A DNA stretch of 64,000 nucleotides from positions 25,755 to 89,754 of the forward strand of contig JAEKLQ010000027.1 in assembly GCA_019509785.1 (NCBI GenBank), written 5' to 3'. This document shows positions 9,115 through 21,262 of this stretch, in pieces (the stretch's first letter is position 1; every line of letters begins with the position of its first letter). The position numbers and the translations under genes are program-made. This DNA is from Fibrobacterota bacterium. GTDB taxonomy: Bacteria > Fibrobacterota > Fibrobacteria > UBA11236. The notes under the pieces were generated by a model. It was not told where the DNA came from. It was given only the letters and a program-made list of their open reading frames with translations, and did not search any database.

Positions 9115-10302
9115 TCAGAAACTGCCCCCGGCCCCGCCTCCCCCGAATTTTCCCCCGCCGCCTTGGAAGCCTTCCGGGATTTTGCCTTGCGAAGTCCCTC
9201 CCCCGAAGGAAGCCCAGGCCGCCAAGGCTTCCGCATCCAACAGGCTTCCGCGCGCTTGGCGGCGGCGTGGCTCCGTGCTGAGGCCGAAGCGTGGCGTACG
9301 GAAAGCCCTCAGGCAGGCCCAGGCTACCGCCAACAAAACGATCCCGATCAGGGTCAATCCCGTCTCGACCGGCATCACGTTATGGTAGGCCTTATAGGTG
9401 AGGACCGCCGCGGCGATGGCGATGAGGCCTGCGTCCAGGTAGAGCCGATCTTTCCGCGCCAGGCCCCATGCCACGTAGCCAACGGGAACGGCGAACGTGT
9501 AGGCGTAGAAGGCCCAGGCGAAGGGAAGCGCGGGACCGGCTCCGGACGGAAGCATGGGGTAGCACCATTCCCGCACCACCCAATAATTCCCGGCGGCGTA
9601 GGTGAGGGCGAGGGCCAACAGCCGCAGAGCCGTCCAGATCGGATCCCAAGGGGCGAGGGCAGGGGATCTCAAGGCCCGGCTGCATGCCCAGGCGCTGAGG
9701 GTCGAGTACGCGATCATCGAGAGGGGAAACAGGAATATCCCCGTCATGCCCGGATAACGGCCCGAATCCAGCACGACAAAGGCCAGCGTCGCGTAGCCGA
9801 GAGCCGCCAGCAAGCGATCGGCGTACCGCAGGGCCGCCGTTCCCAGCAAGGCCGCGATGGGCAAAGCGAAGGGGGCATGAAGCGGGCTCCCGTGGCGGTA
9901 ACCGGCGAAGGTAAGGAACGCGCAGATCACGCAGGCCATCCCCGTGTAGCAAGCTGCTTCCTCCACGCCCGCGCGGAAAAACGGCTTGGCCTGGCGCATC
10001 AGCATCTCGGTGGTTAGCAGGCAAGCGATGCCGGATACCAGGAACAGCGTTCCCATACCGGTATCCCCATCCGCGATCTCGCCGGAGAAAAGGAAGAACA
10101 ATCCCAGGGCGGCGGAAACGCAGATAACTCCGAAGAAGAAAAGCCCGATGCGGAAGAAAGGGTTGGGGGAGTAGAAAGGCTGGGGGAAATCCGCCAGCAG
10201 GGTTTCGGCCGCGGGCGTTTCGATATAGCCTTCAGCGGCCCAACGGGAGATTTCCCGGCGGCGCGCGAGAAGGTCCCAATCCTTCCGCTTATAGGCCAGC
10301 AT
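9115..10302 (-). CDS. Polytopic membrane protein (partner of the DUF2157-like gene) with Gly-rich tail
   Basis: About 9 hydrophobic segments, YAAGNYWVVRE motif, C-terminal FQGGGGKFGGGGAGGSF. Confidence 0.75.
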   Translation of the reverse strand: MLAYKRKDWDLLARRREISRWAAEGYIETPAAETLLADFPQPFYSPNPFFRIGLFFFGVICVSAALGLFFLFSGEIADGDTGMGTLFLVSGIACLLTTEMLMRQAKPFFRAGVEEAACYTGMACVICAFLTFAGYRHGSPLHAPFALPIAALLGTAALRYADRLLAALGYATLAFVVLDSGRYPGMTGIFLFPLSMIAYSTLSAWACSRALRSPALAPWDPIWTALRLLALALTYAAGNYWVVREWCYPMLPSGAGPALPFAWAFYAYTFAVPVGYVAWGLARKDRLYLDAGLIAIAAAVLTYKAYHNVMPVETGLTLIGIVLLAVAWACLRAFRTPRFGLSTEPRRRQARGSLLDAEALAAWASFGGGTSQGKIPEGFQGGGGKFGGGGAGGSF

Positions 10303-11271
10303 GTTCCTCCCCGGACGATTCGCTTCCTTGCAGCCCTTTCAGGTTGAGGAATAGCCCGATGGCCCCGGCGCAGGAAAGCAGAAAGTAGAGGAATCCCATC
10401 TCGATGGACGCCCATCCCGAGATGAGCATATGGCGGAAAACCATGATGGTGACGGCAACATAACCGTATGCCACGGCCACCAGAACGTAATAGGCGCTGC
10501 GCAGCCGCCGCGCGTAGACGAAGAGTCCGCCTGCTCCCGCCGCCGCAAGCAGGAAATAGGCGGCTTCCCCGAGGCCTCTATTGGCCGACATCCCGCCAAT
10601 GCAGGAAAGGAAAAGAAGATGCGCCGCGAAGTTGCCGTAGCTGAACGCGAAATGGGGCTTCCAGCCGCGTCGCCCGGAAAGCCAGGACGCGATGCCCCAG
10701 GCTCCCGCCAAGACGAGGCCCGTGAACACAGGTTGATGCGAGTCGAATAGGCCCGCGCGCATGGCCGCGACGGGCGTCACCGCGACCCCCGCCGCCGCGC
10801 ACAGGCCCGCGACGCCGAGTTGCAACACCCCGCGATGATCGAAGCGGTAGGCGAGGAACAGGTAGAAGACGGCGGGCAGGACCAAGGCAATCGCGGTATG
10901 CTCGCCGAAGGGAGAGTAGCGGGCTTGCAGGTATCCGACGAAGGTGCCCGTGAGAAGGGCCCCGAGCCAGAGCGCGTAGTCGGCGCCCGATGCGATGCGG
11001 GGGACGTTTTCCCAGGCAAAGGCGGGCGCGCGCCGGAAGCAGTAGGCGAAGCAAGCGAGGGCCCCCAGGGCGATCGCCGCCAGGATGGCTTGGTGGCCGA
11101 TGGTCCCGATGTTCTTATAGACCAGGATACCGAGCCCGGCGCTCAAGGACAGCACTCCGAGGGACAGGCAGGCGCGCGCTTCCCAGAAAAGGGAGAAGGG
11201 CTTTTCGGCGTCACGGGCTTGGATGCGGGCCAGGAGCCCGTCGGGTAGGGAACCGGTCGGGAAGGCGGTTC

Positions 11272-11275
<4 letters not shown>
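10289..11275 (-). CDS. DUF2157-like membrane protein
   Basis: Probable start MRTAFPTG at 11275 overlaps the mutS stop (ATGA); FSLFWEAR..LGVL..SAGLGILVYKNI..IGH; multiple TM helices. Confidence 0.75.
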
Positions 11276-14238
<2,963 letters not shown>

Positions 14239-14264
14239 AGGATTCCCTGCGGTGGGTCGATGTT

Positions 14265-14367
14265 TAGGGTACAGGGTACAGGGTTAAGGGTATCGGCGCC
14301 GAGGCGCCGGTGGGTCGATCCCTCTAGATCTTAACCCTGTACCCTGTACCCTTAACCCTGTACCCTT
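14265..14367. repeat. Inverted heptamer (AGGGTAC/AGGGTTA) tandem-array element, copy 1
   Basis: Left arm tagggtacagggtacagggttaagggt; right arm cttaaccctgtaccctgtacccttaaccctgtaccctt; perfect 23-bp inverted repeat 14266-14288 / 14330-14352. Confidence 0.9.
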
Positions 14368-14369
14368 CT

Positions 14370-15170
14370 TCATTCCAATTGATCCAAGGACATTTGCTCC
14401 CCGTCCGGTTCCTGTTGCTCGATTTCGATGACCGTCCCATCCTGCCCGATCTGCGGGATCAGGGCTTGGGCGTTCACGATGGCCTCGAACTCGGTCAAGC
14501 GCGGCAAATCGTCGGGGACGCGGTTCACGCCGAAATAGCGCATGAACTCGCGGGTAGTGGAATAGGTGAAGGCGCCGCCCATGGCGTCGGTCCGACCGTT
14601 CACGTCCACCAGCTTCTTCTCCAGCAGGCTTTTCATGCAACCGTCCACGTTCACGCCGCGGATGGCTTCGATCTCGGCCTTGGTGATGGGCTGCTTATAG
14701 GCGATGATGGCCAAGGTCTCCAGGCTGGCCTGGGACAGCCGGCGGGGATTGCTTTCCTTGAACAGCTTGCGCACCCAGGGATAGTATTGCGTGCGCGTAC
14801 GCATGCGGAAGGTGCCGTCCACTTCCATGATTTCGTAGGGTTGCCCTTGCGCTTCGAAGTCCTTGTTGGCCTGTTTCATGAGGCGCCGCAGGGACGCCAG
14901 GTCCCAATCATCGCCCATGATTTCCTTCAAGGAGCGCCCGCTCAGGTATTCGTTGCTGGCGAAAAGCAAAGCCGAAAGGAGTTTGGCGGGCTCCGGCGTC
15001 CAGGCCGATTCGACTTCTTCGCCTTCCGCCTCGCCGACGGTATCCAGCGCGGATGAAGCGGGCGCGGCTTCCGCATCGACCGCGATTTCTTCCGTTGGGG
15101 ATGCAGGCGCGCTCTCGGCCGCCGGCGTTACCGGGGTCTCGTCTTGGGAATGGTCTTCGGGAAGATTCAA
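14370..15170 (-). CDS. scpB: SMC-ScpAB complex subunit ScpB
   Basis: LSQASLETLAIIAYKQPITKAEIEAIRGV, YSTTREFMRYFG; acidic N-terminal extension; TTG start. Confidence 0.95.
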   Translation of the reverse strand: MNLPEDHSQDETPVTPAAESAPASPTEEIAVDAEAAPASSALDTVGEAEGEEVESAWTPEPAKLLSALLFASNEYLSGRSLKEIMGDDWDLASLRRLMKQANKDFEAQGQPYEIMEVDGTFRMRTRTQYYPWVRKLFKESNPRRLSQASLETLAIIAYKQPITKAEIEAIRGVNVDGCMKSLLEKKLVDVNGRTDAMGGAFTYSTTREFMRYFGVNRVPDDLPRLTEFEAIVNAQALIPQIGQDGTVIEIEQQEPDGEQMSLDQLE

Positions 15171-15207
15171 CTTTGGGATTCCTCGTCCTGGCGGCCGGGT
15201 AGGCGCC

Positions 15208-16434
15208 TCAATCTTCGTCCTCGGGAATGTCGGAGGTGACCTCGCCGGAAGATGCTTCGCGCATCCGTTTCATCAGGTCCCTCAGGGCGGCATCGGCGAT
15301 GGGATCCGGAGCGTCCGGCTCGCTGGCAGGCCGGGAGTCCATAGGGGCCTTAGCCGTCGCGGCAAGCGTTGCGTCGCCGGTTTCCCCGCTGGCTGTTTCC
15401 AAGGGGCCGGCTTCGCCGTTGGCGGCTTCCGAAGGGATATCGTTGCCGTTGGCGCCTTCCGCGACCGCAGCTTCCGGCCCCGCGGTTTCCGCGCCAGCCG
15501 CTTCCGAGGGCTTGGCGTCTCCGGGAAGGATCCCGTTCTCCAAATCCCGCAGTGCCTCTTCCAAGGCGTTCTTCACCGCCCGCTGCTTGATCTGCTCCTG
15601 CACGATCCCGACCAGGCCGGGCTTGAACTCGGGCAAGGTATCGAGCATGGATTCGTCGTGTTTCAGCTCCAGTTCGTAGTCCGCGGCCTTTTGCTTGCGG
15701 TAGACCCATATCGGCCCCATGGCGCGGCTCTGGCGGAACAGGATGCGGTCCAGCTTGGCCAATTCCAGGATGGCCATGAAGGTCACCACCAGCGAGATGG
15801 TGCGCGTGTCGTTGGCGAACAAATCCTCGAACAGGCTGCGGCCTCGTTCGGTCAAGGCGATTTCCACCTCTTGCATGCGGTCTTCGATGGTGACATCGTC
15901 GATTTCGACTTCGTGGACCGGCAGCTTGGGCTTTTGCAGCACCACGCTCCGGAAGGCGGACATCAGGTCGAAAACCCCCGCCTCTTCCTCCAGCTCCGCT
16001 TCGCTCTTCTCGTCGGCGGTTTCCGGGCGGCCGCGGCCATAGGCCCCGAAATGCCGCGATTCATGGTTCCGCAACACGCGGGCCGCTTCCTTGAACTTCT
16101 GGTACTCGAGCATTTGCTGGATCAGCATTTGCCGGTCCAGTTCATACTCCATCTCCTCCAGTTCGTCCTTTTGGTCGGCAGGGAGCAACTCGCGGGCCTT
16201 GAGGCGCATCAGGCGGGCGGCCATCACCAGGAATTCCCCTGCATTGGACAGGTTCATTTCCTTGATGCCGTCCATATAGGCCAGGTATTGATCGGTGATG
16301 ACGCTGATTTGGATCTGGCGGGGGTCCAGCTCGTTCTTCTGGACCAGGTACAATAACAGATCGAGGGGGCCTTCGAAAACCCCCAGCTTCACCTCGTATT
16401 CGGTTTCGATAATCTGTTTGCTTGGCAAGGACAT
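15208..16434 (-). CDS. scpA: Segregation and condensation protein ScpA (kleisin) with long acidic tail
   Basis: FEGPLDLLLYLV, ITDQYL, EFLVMAA, VVTFMAILEL; start taken at MSLPSKQ. Confidence 0.95.
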   Translation of the reverse strand: MSLPSKQIIETEYEVKLGVFEGPLDLLLYLVQKNELDPRQIQISVITDQYLAYMDGIKEMNLSNAGEFLVMAARLMRLKARELLPADQKDELEEMEYELDRQMLIQQMLEYQKFKEAARVLRNHESRHFGAYGRGRPETADEKSEAELEEEAGVFDLMSAFRSVVLQKPKLPVHEVEIDDVTIEDRMQEVEIALTERGRSLFEDLFANDTRTISLVVTFMAILELAKLDRILFRQSRAMGPIWVYRKQKAADYELELKHDESMLDTLPEFKPGLVGIVQEQIKQRAVKNALEEALRDLENGILPGDAKPSEAAGAETAGPEAAVAEGANGNDIPSEAANGEAGPLETASGETGDATLAATAKAPMDSRPASEPDAPDPIADAALRDLMKRMREASSGEVTSDIPEDED

Positions 16435-16581
16435 AGGCGTCTTGAAGATCAGTCGCACCAAGGTAGAAAAGTGGCCGGAGGCCCGCTCCCGCCCGTGCCT
16501 GAAACCCCTCTAAAAACCCCGGAATCCGGAACCGGGCGAACCGCCACGGGGGGATTCGCGACCATATAGGCGAGGGGCCCC

Positions 16582-17778
16582 ATGGCGAAAATGAGGATCG
16601 GAAAATCATCCCGGCGGGCCGTGCTCGCGACCGGTTGCCTCGCGGCGCTGGGGCTGGCCCTGCTCCCGCCCCAGGCGCGGGCGGAGACTCCCGCCGTGGC
16701 GACTTGGTTCGATGCCTTAGGATCGCCCTATGGAGGCTGCGGGGTCCCCCAGGATTTGCTGGAGACCCAGGACTTCGTGGCCCTCAACGTGTACAACACG
16801 CCGGGAAATTATTCCAGCTCGCCGGCCCGGCCTTTGACCGGGTCCGATCTGGCCGTCATCGGCGCTTTCGACAATGGGCTCAACTGCGGGCGTTGGGTGC
16901 ACGTGACCCTGGGGCCCATGTGCGACGGCACCAACGACGGCGCGCCCGGCCAGCCCTTCTGCCGCGGGGCCAACGCCCAATGGGTCGACGATGCCTATTC
17001 GGGAGGTAGCCTCGATTTCATCGTGGCGGATTCCTGCGGCGACGGCAATGCCTGGTGCCGCGACAATCCCCGCCACCTCGACCTGTCCAAGCCCTCCCTG
17101 GACCGCTTCCAGAAGGACGGCAAGGTCCTGACGGGCCTCGCTCCCGATCATTGGAACAACCGCGCCATCAGCTGGGATTTCATGGCCGCGCCCGGTTATA
17201 CCGGGGACGTGCGCATTTACTTCCTCAAGGGCGCCATGAAATATTGGCCAGCAATCATGGTCACCCATCTGCCCAACGGCATCCACGGGGTGGAACAATG
17301 GCTGAACGGGGCGTGGGGCCCGGCCGATCGCTACAGCGACATGGGCCAGGGCTTCATCCTCAAGCCGGCCGACTCCTTCCGCATCCGCCTGACCGACGCG
17401 GCCGACAAGCCCGTATTCGGAGGTCGCGAATACACCTTCTCCATGCCCGACGCCTGCGGAGGCACCTGCGGCGCGTCCGCCACGGCCGCCGCCTTTACCG
17501 CGGCGGATCCGGGAGCCCCCGTCCGGCCCGGAGCCGTCGGTCCGGCCTTCCGCCTCACCGTCGCGGCCGGGGGCTTGCGTTTGACGGGGATGGCCTGGCC
17601 CGAGAAGGCGCGCCTGGAAGCGCGCGACCTCCGCGGCCGCCTGGCCTGGGCGGCATTGCTCGATGGCGGCCCCGATCGGGTGCTGCCTTTGCCCGCCTCC
17701 CTTCCCGCCGGCCTCTATCGCGCGGTGCTCAGGATCGGCGGCAACGCCATCGACGCAGGCCTTTTCGCCCGGCCTTGA
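16582..17778 (+). CDS. Secreted expansin-like (DPBB + CBM63-like) protein with Por-like tail
   Basis: TWF..GSPYGGCG, FVALN, NCGRWV, VADSC, HLDLS, NRAISW, YWPAI: expansin/EXLX-type motifs; C-terminal DLRGR...LPAGLY tail. Confidence 0.7.
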   Translation: MAKMRIGKSSRRAVLATGCLAALGLALLPPQARAETPAVATWFDALGSPYGGCGVPQDLLETQDFVALNVYNTPGNYSSSPARPLTGSDLAVIGAFDNGLNCGRWVHVTLGPMCDGTNDGAPGQPFCRGANAQWVDDAYSGGSLDFIVADSCGDGNAWCRDNPRHLDLSKPSLDRFQKDGKVLTGLAPDHWNNRAISWDFMAAPGYTGDVRIYFLKGAMKYWPAIMVTHLPNGIHGVEQWLNGAWGPADRYSDMGQGFILKPADSFRIRLTDAADKPVFGGREYTFSMPDACGGTCGASATAAAFTAADPGAPVRPGAVGPAFRLTVAAGGLRLTGMAWPEKARLEARDLRGRLAWAALLDGGPDRVLPLPASLPAGLYRAVLRIGGNAIDAGLFARP

Positions 17779-17846
17779 TCTCTTTCGACCCATCGAATTC
17801 GATCGATTCCCGCGACTTGGCGTCCGCCAAGATGTATTTTCGGGGA

Positions 17847-18425
17847 ATGAGCGAACTATACGATATCCCGATCCGCAAGGCCGATGGCGGCGAAACCAAA
17901 TTGGACGCCTTCCGCGGGAAGGTCCTGTTGTTGGTGAACGTGGCCTCCAAATGCGGCCTCACGCCGCAATACGAAGGCCTGGAAAAGATTTATAAGCGTT
18001 ACAAGGATCGCGGATTGATGATCCTGGGTTTCCCGGCCAATGAATTCGGCCATCAGGAACCGGGTACGGATGCGCAGATCCAGGAGTTCTGCAGCTTGAA
18101 TTACGGCGTCAGCTTCCCGGTGTTCTCCAAGCTAGTGGTGAAAGGGCCGGGGCAACATCCCTTGTACGCCTATCTCACCCGGGCCCAGCCGCAGGCGACC
18201 AAGCCTGGCAGCCCCATCCTGCGGGTCCTGCGCAAGGCCTTGCATGCGGGCAGCTTCACCGGCGAGGCGGGGGAAATCACCTGGAACTTCGAGAAGTTCC
18301 TGGTCGATCGCGAAGGCGAGGTGGCCGTGCGTTTCTCGCCCGACACCAAGCCCGAAGATCCCGGGCTGATCGGGGCCATCGAGGCCGAGTTGGCGAAACC
18401 GGTGCCGGCCGCTATCCAGGCTTGA
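17847..18425 (+). CDS. Glutathione peroxidase family protein (Cys type)
   Basis: GKVLLLVNVASKCGLTPQY, LGFPANEFGHQEPG, WNFEKFLV. Confidence 0.95.
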   Translation: MSELYDIPIRKADGGETKLDAFRGKVLLLVNVASKCGLTPQYEGLEKIYKRYKDRGLMILGFPANEFGHQEPGTDAQIQEFCSLNYGVSFPVFSKLVVKGPGQHPLYAYLTRAQPQATKPGSPILRVLRKALHAGSFTGEAGEITWNFEKFLVDREGEVAVRFSPDTKPEDPGLIGAIEAELAKPVPAAIQA

Positions 18426-18584
18426 CTTCGGCCGGCGCGGCCTAATCTCGGCCAGCGCGATGCGGCCGGGTTTCCGGCGACATCGTTTCCTAACGGTTCC
18501 GCAACATCCTTAATCCGATCGAAATCTCCTGAAACGGATCCGTGACGGCCGCGGAAATAAATTCCGTGGCAACCAGGAGATCCC

Positions 18585-20525
18585 ATGATGCGCTTGACCT
18601 ATGCCGCCCTCGCGGCGGCCCTTTCCCTCGCCTCCTCCCCGCATGCCTACGACATCACCGGAAAGGTGATCGACAGCTCCGGCGCCGCCATCGCCGGCGC
18701 TAAGGTCTGGGCCACCGACGATGCGACCTATTCCGTCACCACCGGATCGGACGGGTCCTTCCATTTCGCGCACGCCGCTTCCGCCCTGCGTCCGCAAGGC
18801 CCGGCGCGGGGAGAGGGCTTACAAGCCGTATTCGGGGCCGATGGTTCGCTCCTCGTGCGTTCCCCCAGGACCGCCGTGGTCCGCCTCACCCTGGCGTCCG
18901 TGGATGGGCGGGCCCTCCGCAAGGATACCCCGGTCATGCTTTCCGCGGGCCCCAATCGGCTGGACAAGGTCCTGGGCCCGTTGCCCCGGGGCTCTTACAT
19001 CTTGCTGCTGCGGGGCGATGGCCTTTCGCTGCACATGCGGCTCGCGCAAGGGGCCTTCGCGACCGGCACGCAACGCAATTCCGCGGCCGCCGCCCGAAGC
19101 CTGGGCAAAGCCGCCGCGGCGCTACCCGATCTCAACGGCAAGCCCGGCCTGGCCGCCTCCAAGGATGCCTTCGCGCCCATGCTGTACGTGCCCATGTCCG
19201 ATTCGGAAACGGCGGTGTCCGTCACCCTCAAGAAGCCCATCGCCAAGCCCGGCCACATCATAGTCATCTATCTCGAGAACTGGAGCTTCAACAGCCTGTA
19301 CGGGAAGTTCCCCGGGGCCGCTAACCTCGATTCGGGATATTCCGCCGAGCCCCAGAAGGACACCAACGGCGCCGCCTACTCTTATCTTCCCCGTCCCTGG
19401 AACACCAATAACAACACGCCCGATAGCCTGTATACGGATACCATGCCGAACGCGCCCTTCTCCTTCTTCAAGTACCAGAAGCTCGATGACCAGGTTCCCG
19501 ATCTGGTGCACCGTTTTTATCAGGAGCAACTGCAAATCCATGGCGGCAAGATGGATTACTACGCGCAAGTCTCCAACGCCCGCGGCATGGTCATGGGTTA
19601 CTTCGATACCGATAGCCTGCCGTTAGCCAAGTACGCCAAGGATTACACGCTCTGCGATCACTTCTTCCATTCCGCTTTCGGCGGGTCGTTCCTCAACCAT
19701 ATGTGGTTCATCGCGGCGCGCACGCCGCTCTGGCCGGAAATCCCCGCCAAGTACCGCGCGACCCTGGACGCCAACGGCAACATCGTGAAGAAGTCCGACC
19801 GGACTTTCGCCGATGGCCAAGCCACCCCCGAGGGCTACCTGATTAACACCATCTACACGCACAACACGCCGCATCCGGCCACGGCGGCGGCCGATCAATT
19901 AGTACCCGATCTCGATTTTCCCACCATCGGCGATCGCATGAACGATAAGGGCGTGACCTGGAAATGGTACTCGGGCGGATGGGATTCGGCCGCGGCAGGC
20001 CGCCCGGATTCGAACTTCCAGTTCCATCATCAATCCTTCGCCTTCTTCAAGAACTACGCCGACGGCACGCCCGGTCGCGCTGCCCATCTCAAGGACGAGA
20101 AGGATTTCATGGCCGACCTGAACTCCGGGAACCTGCCGGCCGTCTCCTTCATCAAACCCGTGGGCGACAACAACGAGCATCCCGGCTATACGGACGTCAA
20201 AAAAGGCGAGCAGCACACGGTCGCTCTGATCGAAGCCGTCAAAGCCAGCGCCATTTGGAACGATGCCGTCATCGTGATCACATATGATGAGAACGGCGGC
20301 TTCTGGGATCACGTGGCGCCTCCGGTCATCGACCGCTGGGGCCCGGGCACCCGGGTGCCGGGAATCGTCATCTCCCCGTTCGCCAAAAAGGGGTATGTGG
20401 ACAAGCACGCCTACGAGACGGTTTCCATCCTGAGCCTTATCGAGCGTCGCTTCAGCCTGTTGCCGCTGAGCTCGCGCGATGCCGCTGCCGCGGATTTGAC
20501 GGGAACGATGGAGTTGCCGAATTGA
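18585..20525 (+). CDS. Secreted acid phosphatase / phosphoesterase (AcpA/phospholipase C family) with N-terminal accessory modules
   Basis: HIIVIYLENWSFNSLYG, DLVHRFYQEQ, GGSFLNH, NEHPGY, TYDENGGFWDHVAPP, GPGTRVP. Confidence 0.9.
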   Translation: MMRLTYAALAAALSLASSPHAYDITGKVIDSSGAAIAGAKVWATDDATYSVTTGSDGSFHFAHAASALRPQGPARGEGLQAVFGADGSLLVRSPRTAVVRLTLASVDGRALRKDTPVMLSAGPNRLDKVLGPLPRGSYILLLRGDGLSLHMRLAQGAFATGTQRNSAAAARSLGKAAAALPDLNGKPGLAASKDAFAPMLYVPMSDSETAVSVTLKKPIAKPGHIIVIYLENWSFNSLYGKFPGAANLDSGYSAEPQKDTNGAAYSYLPRPWNTNNNTPDSLYTDTMPNAPFSFFKYQKLDDQVPDLVHRFYQEQLQIHGGKMDYYAQVSNARGMVMGYFDTDSLPLAKYAKDYTLCDHFFHSAFGGSFLNHMWFIAARTPLWPEIPAKYRATLDANGNIVKKSDRTFADGQATPEGYLINTIYTHNTPHPATAAADQLVPDLDFPTIGDRMNDKGVTWKWYSGGWDSAAAGRPDSNFQFHHQSFAFFKNYADGTPGRAAHLKDEKDFMADLNSGNLPAVSFIKPVGDNNEHPGYTDVKKGEQHTVALIEAVKASAIWNDAVIVITYDENGGFWDHVAPPVIDRWGPGTRVPGIVISPFAKKGYVDKHAYETVSILSLIERRFSLLPLSSRDAAAADLTGTMELPN

Positions 20526-20530
20526 TCGGC

Positions 20531-20566
20531 GCGGGCCGCGTTTCCCCGGGACCGGCCCGCATTTTT
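20531..20566 (+). terminator. Putative intrinsic terminator
   Basis: GCGGGCCG...CGGCCCGC stem followed by ATTTTT, immediately after the stop codon. Confidence 0.5.
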
Positions 20567-20604
20567 CCCGTGGGTAGATTAAAAATGACTAGTATTTTTG
20601 TCCT

Positions 20605-21201
20605 ATGCGTTCCCCTTATGCCTTCGTTTCGCTGATGATAGCCGCCGCCGCGGCCCTGGCATTGGCCGTGGCCTTGGCCGGATGCTTTCCCGACAGCGCC
20701 ATGTCTCCCATCGAGGTTACCCTGGAACCCTACCTGATGCCTTCCACCTTCGAATTCACCATGGGGCCGAGGATGGTGGGAACGGATGCGGACAGCCAAC
20801 GCATAGACTTCTCCGAGGGGGAGATCGAAGGATTCCGGTTCGAATGGGGATATAGGCAAAGGGTCCGGTTGAACCGCCATCACGTCAGCCACCCGGAGAT
20901 GGATGGCCCCGGTTCCATCGAATACTACCTGGACAAAATCCTATCGAAGGAGGCGGTCCCGGATTGGAGCTTCCGTTCCTTCCCGCTAGACACCGCGAGT
21001 TTGCGGCTCGAAGGGGATACCTTGCGTATCAACGCATACGAGCGCACGATCTTCATACCCTCGGCCCAGGATCGGGCCAGTCTGGCGGCGAAGGGCGGGA
21101 TATTCATGGACCTGCGGGTGCGGCCCCAGGCGGGAGGGTTGGTCGGGGATTCCGTACGGGTTTTGCATTCCGATTCGACCGGCCATTTGGTTCCCGGATA
21201 G
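20605..21201 (+). CDS. DUF4377-like lipoprotein
   Basis: Lipobox LAGC; IEGFRFEWGY...DG..SIEYYLDKILSK. Confidence 0.65.
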   Translation: MRSPYAFVSLMIAAAAALALAVALAGCFPDSAMSPIEVTLEPYLMPSTFEFTMGPRMVGTDADSQRIDFSEGEIEGFRFEWGYRQRVRLNRHHVSHPEMDGPGSIEYYLDKILSKEAVPDWSFRSFPLDTASLRLEGDTLRINAYERTIFIPSAQDRASLAAKGGIFMDLRVRPQAGGLVGDSVRVLHSDSTGHLVPG

Positions 21202-21262
21202 GCAAAAGGCCGAATCGGCCATGGTCCCGTACTAACGACGGATCCGGAATGCGCTCGACCGG

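Noticed and set aside
14265..14367. Heptamer arrays read as a CRISPR array or telomeric contamination
   Set aside because: There are no unique spacers between equal-length repeats and no cas genes. The arrays are short, inverted and embedded in intact bacterial operons.
17847..18425. Selenocysteine in the glutathione peroxidase
   Set aside because: The active-site codon is TGC (Cys); there is no in-frame TGA.
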